A DNA stretch of 58,612 nt from Candidatus Fervidifonticultor octavus. GTDB taxonomy: Bacteria > Sysuimicrobiota > Sysuimicrobiia > Sysuimicrobiales > Humicultoraceae. A program made the position numbers and the translations under genes. Position 1 is the first letter of the stretch. Every line of letters starts with the position of its first letter. Positions 46,079 through 58,612 of the stretch are shown here, piece after piece. Location: contig JAVKID010000004.1 of the NCBI GenBank assembly GCA_031459655.1, positions 1 through 58,612 on the forward strand. The letters run 5' to 3'. Under the pieces are notes generated by a model. The model saw only the letters and a list, made by a program, of their open reading frames with translations, did not search any database and was not told the DNA's origin.

Positions 46079-46819
46079 ATGCCCCGGCCCACCGTCGCCG
46101 AGACCGCCGAGCACCTGGTGGCCTGGCTGCGCCGCCGCGCCGACGAGGCCGGCGCGTTGGGCGCTGTGGTGGGCGTCTCCGGCGGCGTGGACTCGGCGGT
46201 GGTGGCCGCGTTGTGCGTGCGCGCCTTTCCGCAGTCCACCCTGGGCGTGCTGATGCCCTGCCACAGCGACCCGCGCGACCTGGCCGACGCCCGGGAGGTG
46301 TGCACAGCGCTGGGGGTCCCCCACGCCACCGTGACCCTCGACGGCGTCTACGACGCCCTCGTCGACGCGCTCCGGGCCTCAGGGCAGTTCGCGGAGCACC
46401 CCCTGGCGCTGGCCAACCTTCGCCCTCGCCTGCGGATGACGGCCCTCTACTACTTCGCCAACCGGCTCAATCGCCTCGTCGTCGGCACCGGCAACCGCAG
46501 CGAGGCCTACGTGGGCTACTTCACCAAGTACGGCGACGGCGGGGTGGACGTGCTGCCGATCGGCGGACTGGTGAAGGCCGAGGTGCGGGCGCTGGCGGCG
46601 CAGCTGGGCGTCCCGCGGGCCGTCATCGAGCGTGTCCCCTCGGCCGGGCTGTGGCCGGGGCAGACCGATGAAGGCGAGATGGGACTCACCTATGAGGTCC
46701 TGGACCACTTCCTCCTGACCGGCGAGGCCCCCGCCCCGATCCGCGCGCGCATCGAGCAGTTGCATGCCGCCAGCGAGCACAAGCGCCGCCCGCCGCCTGT
46801 GGCCGACCTCCCGCGATAA
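46079..46819 (+). CDS. nadE: NH3-dependent NAD+ synthetase
   Basis: GVSGGVDSA, NLRPRLRM, GTGNRSE, GYFTKYGDG, PSAGLWPGQTDE, SEHKR. Confidence 0.95.
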   Translation: MPRPTVAETAEHLVAWLRRRADEAGALGAVVGVSGGVDSAVVAALCVRAFPQSTLGVLMPCHSDPRDLADAREVCTALGVPHATVTLDGVYDALVDALRASGQFAEHPLALANLRPRLRMTALYYFANRLNRLVVGTGNRSEAYVGYFTKYGDGGVDVLPIGGLVKAEVRALAAQLGVPRAVIERVPSAGLWPGQTDEGEMGLTYEVLDHFLLTGEAPAPIRARIEQLHAASEHKRRPPPVADLPR

Positions 46820-46844
46820 CCCGTCGTAACCCGTCGCGTTCGCA

Positions 46845-46873
46845 TTCCCGCGTGCGCTCTTCAGCGGTACAAT
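46845..46873 (+). promoter_or_regulatory. Possible mfd promoter TTCCCG-17-TACAAT
   Basis: Good -10 and weak -35, 27 nt before the ATG. Confidence 0.4.
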
Positions 46874-46900
46874 GAAAGTTACGGCATCGCTGGAGCAACC

Positions 46901-50194
<3,294 letters not shown>

Positions 50195-50267
50195 CGGGCG
50201 GCCCTAGCCGCCGCCGTCGGGCTGCGATATGCTTGACCTTGTTCCCCTGAAGGAGGGACCCGATTCC

Positions 50268-51248
50268 ATGAAGATGCGCAGTGCGCTCCCGATCGCCGGC
50301 GCCGTCGTGGTCGTCGTGGCCGCCGGGGTCGGGGCCTGGATGCTGACCACCATCGCCCGGCGCGGCGCCGCGGTGGCCGCCACGGTGAACGGCGAGCCCA
50401 TCTACTGGTCGCAGGTGGACGCGGAGATCAGGCGCACCGCAGCCCAGTTCGGCATGGACCCCGCCGGCCAGGAGTTCGCCAAGCAGCGCGACGAGATCAC
50501 GAAGGCGGTCGTCGACCAGCTCGTCGCCCGCCAGCTCATCATGCAGGAAGCCCGGAAGCGGAACCTCGTCGCCGCAGACAAAGACGTGGATGAGCAGCTG
50601 GCCGCGATCAGGCAGCGGCTGCCCTCCGAGAAGGCCTTCAATGAGGCCCTGACCCAGTACGGGTTCACCCTCCAGACGCTGCGCGACCTCATCCGGATGG
50701 ACCTGACGCAGCGCCGCGTGGCCGACGTCGTGGCGCCGGTCGCCGTGTCGGACGACGAGGTGCGCGCGCAGTTCGAGCGCCACAGGGCCCAGTACGACCG
50801 GCCGGCCCAGATCAGGGTGGGGCACATCCTGTTCCGCGGCGGCGACAAGAGCCAGGAGGCGGTGGCGCAGGCCAAGCTCAGGATCGTCCAGGCGAAGCTG
50901 GCCGAGGGAGCCAAGTTCGAGGACCTGGCCTCGCAGTACTCCGACGACTCCGGCAGCGCCGCGCAGGGCGGCTCGCTGGGCTTCGTGGCGAAGGGCACGC
51001 TGGTCAAGGAGTTCGAGGAGGCGGCATGGGCGTTGCGGCCCGGCCAGGTGAGCGGGCCGGTGAAGACCCAGTACGGGGTGCACCTCATCAAGGTCTACGA
51101 GATGAAGGACGCCGAGAAGGCCACCTTCGACAAGGTAAAGGAGCAGATCCGGGCCCAGTTGCTCCAGAGCAAGCGCGAGAAGGCGTTCGAGGCCTGGCTG
51201 GAGGCGCAGCGGAAGAGCGCCAGGATCGAGCGCTTCACCCGATCGTAG
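50268..51248 (+). CDS. PrsA/SurA-like parvulin peptidyl-prolyl isomerase
   Basis: N-terminal TM anchor, AATVNGE SurA-N domain, HIL...FEDLA..YSDD.GS...GGSLG...PVKTQYGVHLIK. Confidence 0.9.
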   Translation: MKMRSALPIAGAVVVVVAAGVGAWMLTTIARRGAAVAATVNGEPIYWSQVDAEIRRTAAQFGMDPAGQEFAKQRDEITKAVVDQLVARQLIMQEARKRNLVAADKDVDEQLAAIRQRLPSEKAFNEALTQYGFTLQTLRDLIRMDLTQRRVADVVAPVAVSDDEVRAQFERHRAQYDRPAQIRVGHILFRGGDKSQEAVAQAKLRIVQAKLAEGAKFEDLASQYSDDSGSAAQGGSLGFVAKGTLVKEFEEAAWALRPGQVSGPVKTQYGVHLIKVYEMKDAEKATFDKVKEQIRAQLLQSKREKAFEAWLEAQRKSARIERFTRS

Positions 51249-51255
51249 GCCGGCA

Positions 51256-51284
51256 TTGACCGCGCCCCGAAGGGCACCTATCAT
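51256..51284 (+). promoter_or_regulatory. Sigma70-type promoter TTGACC-17-TATCAT
   Basis: -35 at 51256-51261, -10 at 51279-51284. Confidence 0.65.
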
Positions 51285-51305
51285 CGGCGCGGGGAGCAGG
51301 CGGAC

Positions 51306-52058
51306 GTGGCGTTGGATCAGCGCGTCGACAGACTGGAGCGAGCCCTTGCGGACCTGGCGGAGGCGCAGGCCCGCACGGAGCGTGTCCTCGCGACGTTGGT
51401 GGGGCGCGTGGAGCGCCTCGAGGACCGCATGGACCGCATCGAGGCCGCCCTCGTCCGCCTCGCCGAGGCCCAGGGCCGCGCCGAGGAACGGCTCGCGCGC
51501 CTGGAGGAAGCCCACCTCCGCGCCGAGGCGCGGCTCGCGCGCCTGGAGGAAGCCCACCTCCGCGCCGAGGCGCGGCTCGCGCGCCTGGAAGAAGCCCACC
51601 TCCGCGCCGAGGAACGGCTCGCGCGCCTGGAAGAAGCCCAGATCCGTACCGAGCACGCCCTGCAGTCCTCGGCCGCTCAGGTCGGCCGCCTGAGCGACGT
51701 GGTGGGGTACTCCCTGGAAGATCTGGCCCGCGAGGTCACTCCGGCCTATCTCGCGCGGCACTTCGGTGTGGATGTGCCCACGCTGGATCGGCGGTTCTTC
51801 ACCGTCGATGGCGAGGAGATCGAGATTGACTTCTACGGCGAGGGCCTGCGGGACGGGAAACCCGTCGCGGTGGTCGGGGAGGTCCGCTCCTGCATCTACG
51901 GACGCGACGTCGAGGCAGCCGTCCAGATCGCGCGGCGCCTGATACCCCTGCTGCCGGGTCCCGCGCTCCCCGTGCTGTTCGGGTTCGTCGTCCACCCGTC
52001 CGCCAGGGAAGCAGCGGAACGGACCGGCGCCATCGTGATCACCTCGATGGGCCGTTAG
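51306..52058 (+). CDS. Heptad-repeat coiled-coil protein with C-terminal PD-(D/E)XK-like domain (DUF3782-like architecture)
   Basis: Repeats of RAE(E/A)RLARLEEAHL, then GYSLED...EIDFYG...VVGEVRS. Confidence 0.75.
   Translation: MALDQRVDRLERALADLAEAQARTERVLATLVGRVERLEDRMDRIEAALVRLAEAQGRAEERLARLEEAHLRAEARLARLEEAHLRAEARLARLEEAHLRAEERLARLEEAQIRTEHALQSSAAQVGRLSDVVGYSLEDLAREVTPAYLARHFGVDVPTLDRRFFTVDGEEIEIDFYGEGLRDGKPVAVVGEVRSCIYGRDVEAAVQIARRLIPLLPGPALPVLFGFVVHPSAREAAERTGAIVITSMGR
51477..51644 (+). repeat. Four tandem 42-bp in-frame repeats
   Basis: CGCGCCGAGG(AA/CG)CGGCTCGCGCGCCTGGA(G/A)GAAGCCCA.. units start at 51477, 51519, 51561 and 51603. Confidence 0.95.
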
Positions 52059-52062
52059 GCAC

Positions 52063-52782
52063 GTGCGATTCACGTTCGACGACCTCGTCGCCGTCATGGC
52101 CCGCCTGCGCGGCCCGGAGGGTTGTCCGTGGGACCGGGAGCAGACCCATGCCTCGCTGGCCCCCTACCTGCTAGAGGAAGCCCACGAGGTGCTGGAGGCG
52201 ATCTCCCGCAACGATCCCGAGGCTTTGCGCGCCGAACTCGGCGACCTGCTGCTCCAGGTCGTCTTCCACGCCCAGATGGCCCGGGAGGCAGGCCGTTTCG
52301 ACGCCGGGGCCGTCGTGGATGGTCTTGCGCGCAAACTGCTCGACCGCCACCCGCACGTCTTCGGCGAGGTCCGATTGGGGACAGCCGGCGAGGTCCTGGC
52401 GCAGTGGAACGAACTCAAGCGCCGCGAAGACCCGCAACGGGGCGCCTTCGACGGCATTCCCGCCTCGCTGCCCGCGCTGGCGCGAGCGCAGAAGGTGCTG
52501 GCGCGGGCCGCCTCGCGCACGGCGGGCGAACACGATGCGGCGGGCCTGGCGCCGCTGGCGCCGGCACAGGCTGCGGCGGCGGCCCGACGCCACCTGGACC
52601 GCCTGACCGGCGCGCTGGCGCGGTCGGGCGACGCTCGGGAGGGAGCGGGCGATGTGCCGGAACGTCTGGGCGATCTGCTGATGGCCGTCGTCGCGCTGGC
52701 CAGCGCCGCCGGGCTGAACGCGGAGTCGGTCCTACGCGAGGCCTGCGATCGCTTCATCACCGCCCAGACGGCCCCCGGATAG
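52063..52782 (+). CDS. mazG: Nucleoside triphosphate pyrophosphohydrolase MazG (second domain degenerate)
   Basis: LRGPEGCPWDREQT, EEAHE, ELGDLLLQVVFH, RHPHVFG, LPALARA. Confidence 0.88.
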   Translation: MRFTFDDLVAVMARLRGPEGCPWDREQTHASLAPYLLEEAHEVLEAISRNDPEALRAELGDLLLQVVFHAQMAREAGRFDAGAVVDGLARKLLDRHPHVFGEVRLGTAGEVLAQWNELKRREDPQRGAFDGIPASLPALARAQKVLARAASRTAGEHDAAGLAPLAPAQAAAAARRHLDRLTGALARSGDAREGAGDVPERLGDLLMAVVALASAAGLNAESVLREACDRFITAQTAPG

Positions 52783-52787
52783 GGGAC

Positions 52788-53243
52788 TCACGGGCAGCCG
52801 CTCGCCCGCCAGAGCAGGAGTCCCGCGGCGGCGGCCACGATGGCCTGCGTGAGCACACCCCACACCCAGTGCCGGCGCGCCACCGCCCAGTGCAGGCGCG
52901 GCGGGTGGGCCATGTCGGCCCCGACGAACCGCAGCGTCAGCATGGCGATCAGGTCCGGAGCCAGCCCGCCCAGCGCTCCGAGCCACACCCGCAGCGCCTG
53001 GGTGCCCGGACAGGCGACGACCAGCCACCCGAGGACCGCCGTCCCGACGAACAGTTCAAGCCCTGCCTCGATGAGGTCGGGCCGCAGGCCTCGACCGGCC
53101 GCCACCCCGAAGGTCTCGGCGTCCGTGTGGGGGACCGCATCGAGGACCAGATGGCTGAGGAGGCCCCCGACGACGGCGGCGGCGGGGCTGGGGCCGGTCT
53201 GGCCGACGAGCGCGCCGGTCAGGATGTGGGCCAGCGGATGCAT
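52788..53243 (-). CDS. Small membrane protein, possible metal-dependent hydrolase
   Basis: H..AH, SHLVLDAVPH, APD and H motifs among several hydrophobic helices. Confidence 0.6.
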   Translation of the reverse strand: MHPLAHILTGALVGQTGPSPAAAVVGGLLSHLVLDAVPHTDAETFGVAAGRGLRPDLIEAGLELFVGTAVLGWLVVACPGTQALRVWLGALGGLAPDLIAMLTLRFVGADMAHPPRLHWAVARRHWVWGVLTQAIVAAAAGLLLWRASGCP

Positions 53244-53424
53244 GGGGTTGACAGTTTCGCTCGAGGGACCCATGGATTCCTGGATTGAGCCTCGATCCGA
53301 GGGGGCCCCACCGAGAGGAGGCTCAGGCCCCCCTGGCGTCCGACCAGCACCATGCCGCCGTGTGGTACCATCTGGTCTGAGGCCACCGGCACGGCAGACG
53401 GGCCTTACGTTTCGACCGCGTTTC

Positions 53425-55013
<1,589 letters not shown>

Positions 55014-55128
55014 CGCCCGGGACAGACCGGCCAGGGCAGACCCGGCGCCGGCAGGATTCCGGGCCAGCACCGCGAATCGCGCGCATGGGACACCAGGCCA
55101 TCTCTGGGCATTCGCTGCAGCATCCGTC

Positions 55129-55539
55129 GTGCCACCGGTCGCCGCGCCTCGTCCGCACCTGCCTCCCGGCTCACGCCGCCGGTCTGTGCCGCGGTGGCTG
55201 GGTCCGCTGGCGGCCGGCGCCCTGTTGCTGGCGCTGACCGCGGTCCTGGCCGGGGCGTACTGGGATGGCTACCAGCTCAGACGCGAGGCCATGCGGCTGG
55301 CGCGGGAACGGGAGCAGCTGCAGAGGCGCAACGCGCAGCTGCGCGAGGAGATCCGGCTGCTCGGGGAACCGGGATACATCGAGCGCATTGCCCGCGAGCA
55401 ACTGGGGCTGCTGCGTCCTGACGAGATCGCGGTGATCCTGGTGCAGCCGACCCCGGCGCCGCCGCCCTCGCCGGCCGACAGGACGGACCAGGACGCCGCG
55501 ACCTGGTGGAGGCGGCTGATCGGGCGTCCGCGCGATTGA
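55129..55539 (+). CDS. ftsB: Septum formation initiator FtsB/DivIC (start uncertain, alternative GTG 55186)
   Basis: Single TM segment, coiled coil, YIERIAREQLGL..PDE; follows eno. Confidence 0.85.
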   Translation: MPPVAAPRPHLPPGSRRRSVPRWLGPLAAGALLLALTAVLAGAYWDGYQLRREAMRLAREREQLQRRNAQLREEIRLLGEPGYIERIAREQLGLLRPDEIAVILVQPTPAPPPSPADRTDQDAATWWRRLIGRPRD

Positions 55540-55565
55540 CACCCCGCGCGGCCGGCGCGTATAAT
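55536..55565 (+). promoter_or_regulatory. Consensus sigma70 promoter TTGACA-18-TATAAT
   Basis: Both hexamers are perfect; the -35 overlaps the ftsB stop codon. Confidence 0.8.
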
Positions 55566-55621
55566 CCGTCGCGCGCCGGGTGCACGAGGGAGGCGCGGGA
55601 AAGGAGCGTGGCATCGCGGGA

Positions 55622-56008
55622 ATGGAAGTGTCCGCCGACAGTCTGATCGGCAGCATCGTCGAGGGCACTGTGGTCAAGATCACGCACTACGGGGCCTTCG
55701 TCGAACTCCCGGGCGGCAAGAGCGGTCTCGTCCATATCTCCGAGATCGCCGATACCTACGTCAAGGACGTCAAGGACTACTTGAAGGAACAGGAGAAGGT
55801 CAGAGTCAAGGTCCTCGGCCTCAACGAGAAGGGGAAACTCGACCTCTCGGTGAAGCAGGCGCTGTCGCCGGAGGAGCGGCAGACCCGCACCAAGTCGCGC
55901 TCCTCGTTCGAAGAGAAGCTCAAGGCCTTCATGAAGGAGAGCGAGGAGCGGCTGCTCGACCTCAAGCGGAACACCGAGGCGAAGCGGGGCGGCCGGCGCC
56001 GCAAGTAG
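55622..56008 (+). CDS. S1 RNA-binding domain protein (YabR-like)
   Basis: GTVVKITHYGAFVEL...GLVHISEI; C-terminal SFEEKL..FMKESEERL...KRGGR. Confidence 0.9.
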   Translation: MEVSADSLIGSIVEGTVVKITHYGAFVELPGGKSGLVHISEIADTYVKDVKDYLKEQEKVRVKVLGLNEKGKLDLSVKQALSPEERQTRTKSRSSFEEKLKAFMKESEERLLDLKRNTEAKRGGRRRK

Positions 56009-56017
56009 CCCGCGCGC

Positions 56018-56368
56018 CTACTCGATCCCCAGCAGCCAGACCACCTCTTCAAACGCCCGCCAGGTGATGTCGTCGCGCTCGAGCTGGCGCGACGGTTCGG
56101 TGATGTCAGCCCGCGCGTCCAGGGCCCGAATCTGCTCGTCCATGCGCTCCAGCCGGTTGCGGATGCCGATGATCTCCGCCGACAGGGTCGCCTGGGGGAG
56201 GGCCGCCCGGATCTTCTCCAGGGCGTCCAGCTCGACCTTGCGGGCCAGCCGGTCCATCTCCTGGGCGTCCATCCGCGAATAGATCACCAGGCCGCGGCGT
56301 TCCTCCAGCGCCGCAATCGCCATCTCGCGCAGCATCTTGAGCAGAGGATCACTGGTCCGAGCCGCCAC
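56018..56368 (-). CDS. Hypothetical helical protein (116 aa)
   Basis: GGAGAGG RBS before GTG, GC3-biased codons, 9 nt after the ABC exporter stop. Confidence 0.7.
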   Translation of the reverse strand: MAARTSDPLLKMLREMAIAALEERRGLVIYSRMDAQEMDRLARKVELDALEKIRAALPQATLSAEIIGIRNRLERMDEQIRALDARADITEPSRQLERDDITWRAFEEVVWLLGIE

Positions 56369-56377
56369 GCCTCTCCC

Positions 56378-58204
56378 TCACTCTCCCGGATGCCCGCCCG
56401 GTCCGGCCCCCGCCCCGGCAGGCCGCCGTTCCTGATCACGATATTGCAGTTCGTAGAGCTTGCTGTAAATGCCGCCGCGGGCCAGCAGGCTCCTGTGGGT
56501 GCCTTCCTCGACGATCCGCCCCTTGTGGACCACCACGATGCGGTCCACGTGCTGGATCGTCGAGAGCCGGTGCGCGACGATGATCGAGGTGCGGTTGCGC
56601 AACACGCGGCGCAGGGCCTCCTGGATGAGGATCTCGGTCTCGGTGTCCACGCTGCTGGTGGCCTCGTCCAGCACCAGCAGCACCTCGGGGTTGTGGGCGA
56701 TGGCCCGGGCAAAGGCGATCAACTGCTTCTGGCCCACCGAGAGGGTGGCGCCCCGCTCCTGGACGGCCGCCCGGTAGCCGCCGGGCAGCCGCTCGATGAA
56801 CGGAGCGGCATTGACGAACTCCGCCGCGCGGCGCACCTGGTCGTCGCCGATCGCCGCCGTCCCCAACCGGATGTTGTCCTCGATGGTGCCCGAGAACAGG
56901 AAGACATCCTGGAGGACCAGGCCGATGTGCCGGCGGAGATCGCGTTGCGCCCAGCGCCGGACGTCGATGCCGTCCACCAATACCTGGCCGCGCTGCGGGT
57001 CGTAGAACCGCATGATCAGGTTGATGATCGAGGACTTCCCGGCGCCGGTGTGTCCGACCAGCGCCACACTCTCGCCGGGCTGGATGCGAAACGAGACCCC
57101 GCGCAGCACCCAGTCGCCCGGCTCGTAGGCGAACCAGACATCCCGGAACTCGATCTCGCCGCGCACGCGCTCCACGCGCACCGGCTCCGGCGGATCGGCC
57201 AGGTCGACCGGCTCGTCCAGCAGCCGGAAGATGCGCTCCGACGACGCCATGGCCGCCTGCAGGATGTTGTACTTCTCGGCGAGATCCTCGATCGGCTCGA
57301 AGAACCGCTGCGCGTACTGGACGAACGCCACGATCAGCCCCACGCTGGCGGCGCCGGTGAGGACCCGCACGCCGCCGTAGCCGACGATGACGGCCACCGA
57401 GGCGGCACTCAGCACGCCCACCGCGGGGTGGAAGACGGCAAACGAGCGCAGGGCCGCCAGGCTGGCGGCCAGGTGGTCACGGTTCAGCGCGTCGAACCGC
57501 TCCTGCTCCCTGGCCTCCCGCCCGAAGAGCTGCACGACGCCCATCCCCATGATGTGCTCGTTGAGGAAGGCGTTGAGGCGCGCCAGGCGCACACGCACCG
57601 CGCGGTACGACTCCCGCGCCTGAGCGCGGAACCGCGCGGTGAACCCCACGATGGCCGGCAGCACGGCCAGGGCGGCCAGCGCCAGCCGCCAGTCCAGATA
57701 CACCATGACGCCCACGATGAGCACCAGGGTGAGCAGGTCGCCGAAGACCGCCACGACCCCCTGCGTGATCATCTCGTTGAGGGCGTCGATGTCGTTGGTG
57801 ATGCGCGTCACCAGCCGGCCGACCGGCTGTCGGGTGTAGAACGCGACGGAGAGCCGCTGCAGGTGCCCGAACAGCTCCATGCGCAGGCGATACATCGCCT
57901 GCTGCCCGACCCACTGCATGACGTACGACTCCCCGTAGCGCGCCAGGAACGCCGCCACCAGGGCGCCCACATAGGCCAGGATGACCACCCCCAGCCCGTC
58001 GAGGCGACCGGGGGCGATGTGGTCGTCGATGGCGATCCGCACTAGGTAGGGGCCGGCCAGACTGAACGCCGAGGTGAGCACCAGCAGGACCACGGCCAGG
58101 GCCACCGCCGGGCGGTACGGGCGGACGTAGCCCAGCAACCGGCGCATGAGGCGTGCGTCGTAGGCGCGGCCGACGAGTTCGTCCTCGTGGAACATCACGC
58201 TCAC
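56378..58204 (-). CDS. Heterodimeric ABC exporter subunit, fused TMD-NBD (MdlB/TmrA-like)
   Basis: Six-TM domain, GHTGAGKSS, degenerate LSVGQ signature, [18 protein letters not shown]. Confidence 0.92.
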   Translation of the reverse strand: MSVMFHEDELVGRAYDARLMRRLLGYVRPYRPAVALAVVLLVLTSAFSLAGPYLVRIAIDDHIAPGRLDGLGVVILAYVGALVAAFLARYGESYVMQWVGQQAMYRLRMELFGHLQRLSVAFYTRQPVGRLVTRITNDIDALNEMITQGVVAVFGDLLTLVLIVGVMVYLDWRLALAALAVLPAIVGFTARFRAQARESYRAVRVRLARLNAFLNEHIMGMGVVQLFGREAREQERFDALNRDHLAASLAALRSFAVFHPAVGVLSAASVAVIVGYGGVRVLTGAASVGLIVAFVQYAQRFFEPIEDLAEKYNILQAAMASSERIFRLLDEPVDLADPPEPVRVERVRGEIEFRDVWFAYEPGDWVLRGVSFRIQPGESVALVGHTGAGKSSIINLIMRFYDPQRGQVLVDGIDVRRWAQRDLRRHIGLVLQDVFLFSGTIEDNIRLGTAAIGDDQVRRAAEFVNAAPFIERLPGGYRAAVQERGATLSVGQKQLIAFARAIAHNPEVLLVLDEATSSVDTETEILIQEALRRVLRNRTSIIVAHRLSTIQHVDRIVVVHKGRIVEEGTHRSLLARGGIYSKLYELQYRDQERRPAGAGAGPGGHPGE

Positions 58205-58612
58205 GGCGCGCCGGCCTCCTCGGCCTCCAGGGCCTCCCGGAGCAGCTGTTTCTCATACAGGTCGGCGTACAGGCCGCCAGCGGCCAGCAGGGCGTCGTGC
58301 GTGCCTTGCTCTACGATGCGGCCGGCCTCCAGTACGACGATCAGGTCGGCCCCCCGGACCGTCGAGATCCGGTGGGAGATGATCAGGCTGGTGCGGGTGG
58401 CGATGATCCGGCGCAGGCCCCGGAGGATCTCCTCCTCGGTGCGTGCATCCACGCTGGAGAGCGCGTCGTCGAGGATCAGGATGGCCGGGTCGCGGGCCAG
58501 CGCCCGCGCCAGGGTCGCCCGCTGCTTCTGGCCGCCCGACAGCGTGACCCCGCGCTCGCCGAGGACGGTCTGGTAGCCCAGGGGGAAGTCTCCCACGTCC
58601 CGGGCGAGCTGC
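58201..58612 (-). CDS. Heterodimeric ABC exporter subunit (MdlA/TmrB-like), partial 3' end
   Basis: [18 protein letters not shown] (catalytic Glu replaced by Asp), ISHR; runs off the right edge. Confidence 0.9.
   Translation of the reverse strand, partial: QLARDVGDFPLGYQTVLGERGVTLSGGQKQRATLARALARDPAILILDDALSSVDARTEEEILRGLRRIIATRTSLIISHRISTVRGADLIVVLEAGRIVEQGTHDALLAAGGLYADLYEKQLLREALEAEEAGAP

Noticed and set aside
51477-51644. Possible CRISPR array
   Set aside because: The units are contiguous with no unique spacers, are in-frame coding, and no cas genes are present.

Overview
High-GC bacterial chromosomal window with no rRNA, tRNA, CRISPR array or transposase. The gene repertoire and Firmicutes-like synteny suggest a Terrabacteria lineage, possibly Armatimonadota-like (inference only). 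The first ~35 kb is mostly accessory catabolism. It holds (i) a GntR-linked operon with a LarA-family (nickel-pincer) enzyme, a beta-hydroxyacid dehydrogenase, an unusual DUF1893-ECF S-component fusion and a sugar ABC transporter; (ii) a DsrE-cupin-OsmC operon whose DsrE gene has an in-frame TGA in a UxxC motif followed by a SECIS-like hairpin, so it is a probable selenoprotein that the ORF track truncates; (iii) an AAA_14/DUF4143 ATPase preceded by two tandem palindromes; (iv) an IclR-Dpp ABC operon with two M29-fold proteins (one NicX-like) and a hydantoin racemase-family gene; (v) rlmI, then an R3H ATPase-tmk-darA-holB operon led by a ~142-nt structured RNA; and (vi) a decayed block with an acyl-CoA dehydrogenase pseudogene, back-to-back truncated livK-like and HAD genes, an orphan CoxL-like subunit, a DegT aminotransferase and a frameshifted GntR. 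The rest is largely core: an EndoQ-like gene, a geranylgeranyl-reductase-family gene, DUF192 with a GAF kinase and ANTAR regulator, a Get3/ArsA ATPase with a small partner, zur-znuACB with a Fur-family box and an upstream c-di-GMP-I riboswitch that has no obvious gene of its own, then nadE, mfd, a PPIase, a coiled-coil PD-(D/E)XK protein with 42-bp repeats, mazG, an S4 protein, eno, ftsB, an S1 protein and a heterodimeric ABC exporter. All family calls come from motifs read by eye; no database search was run.
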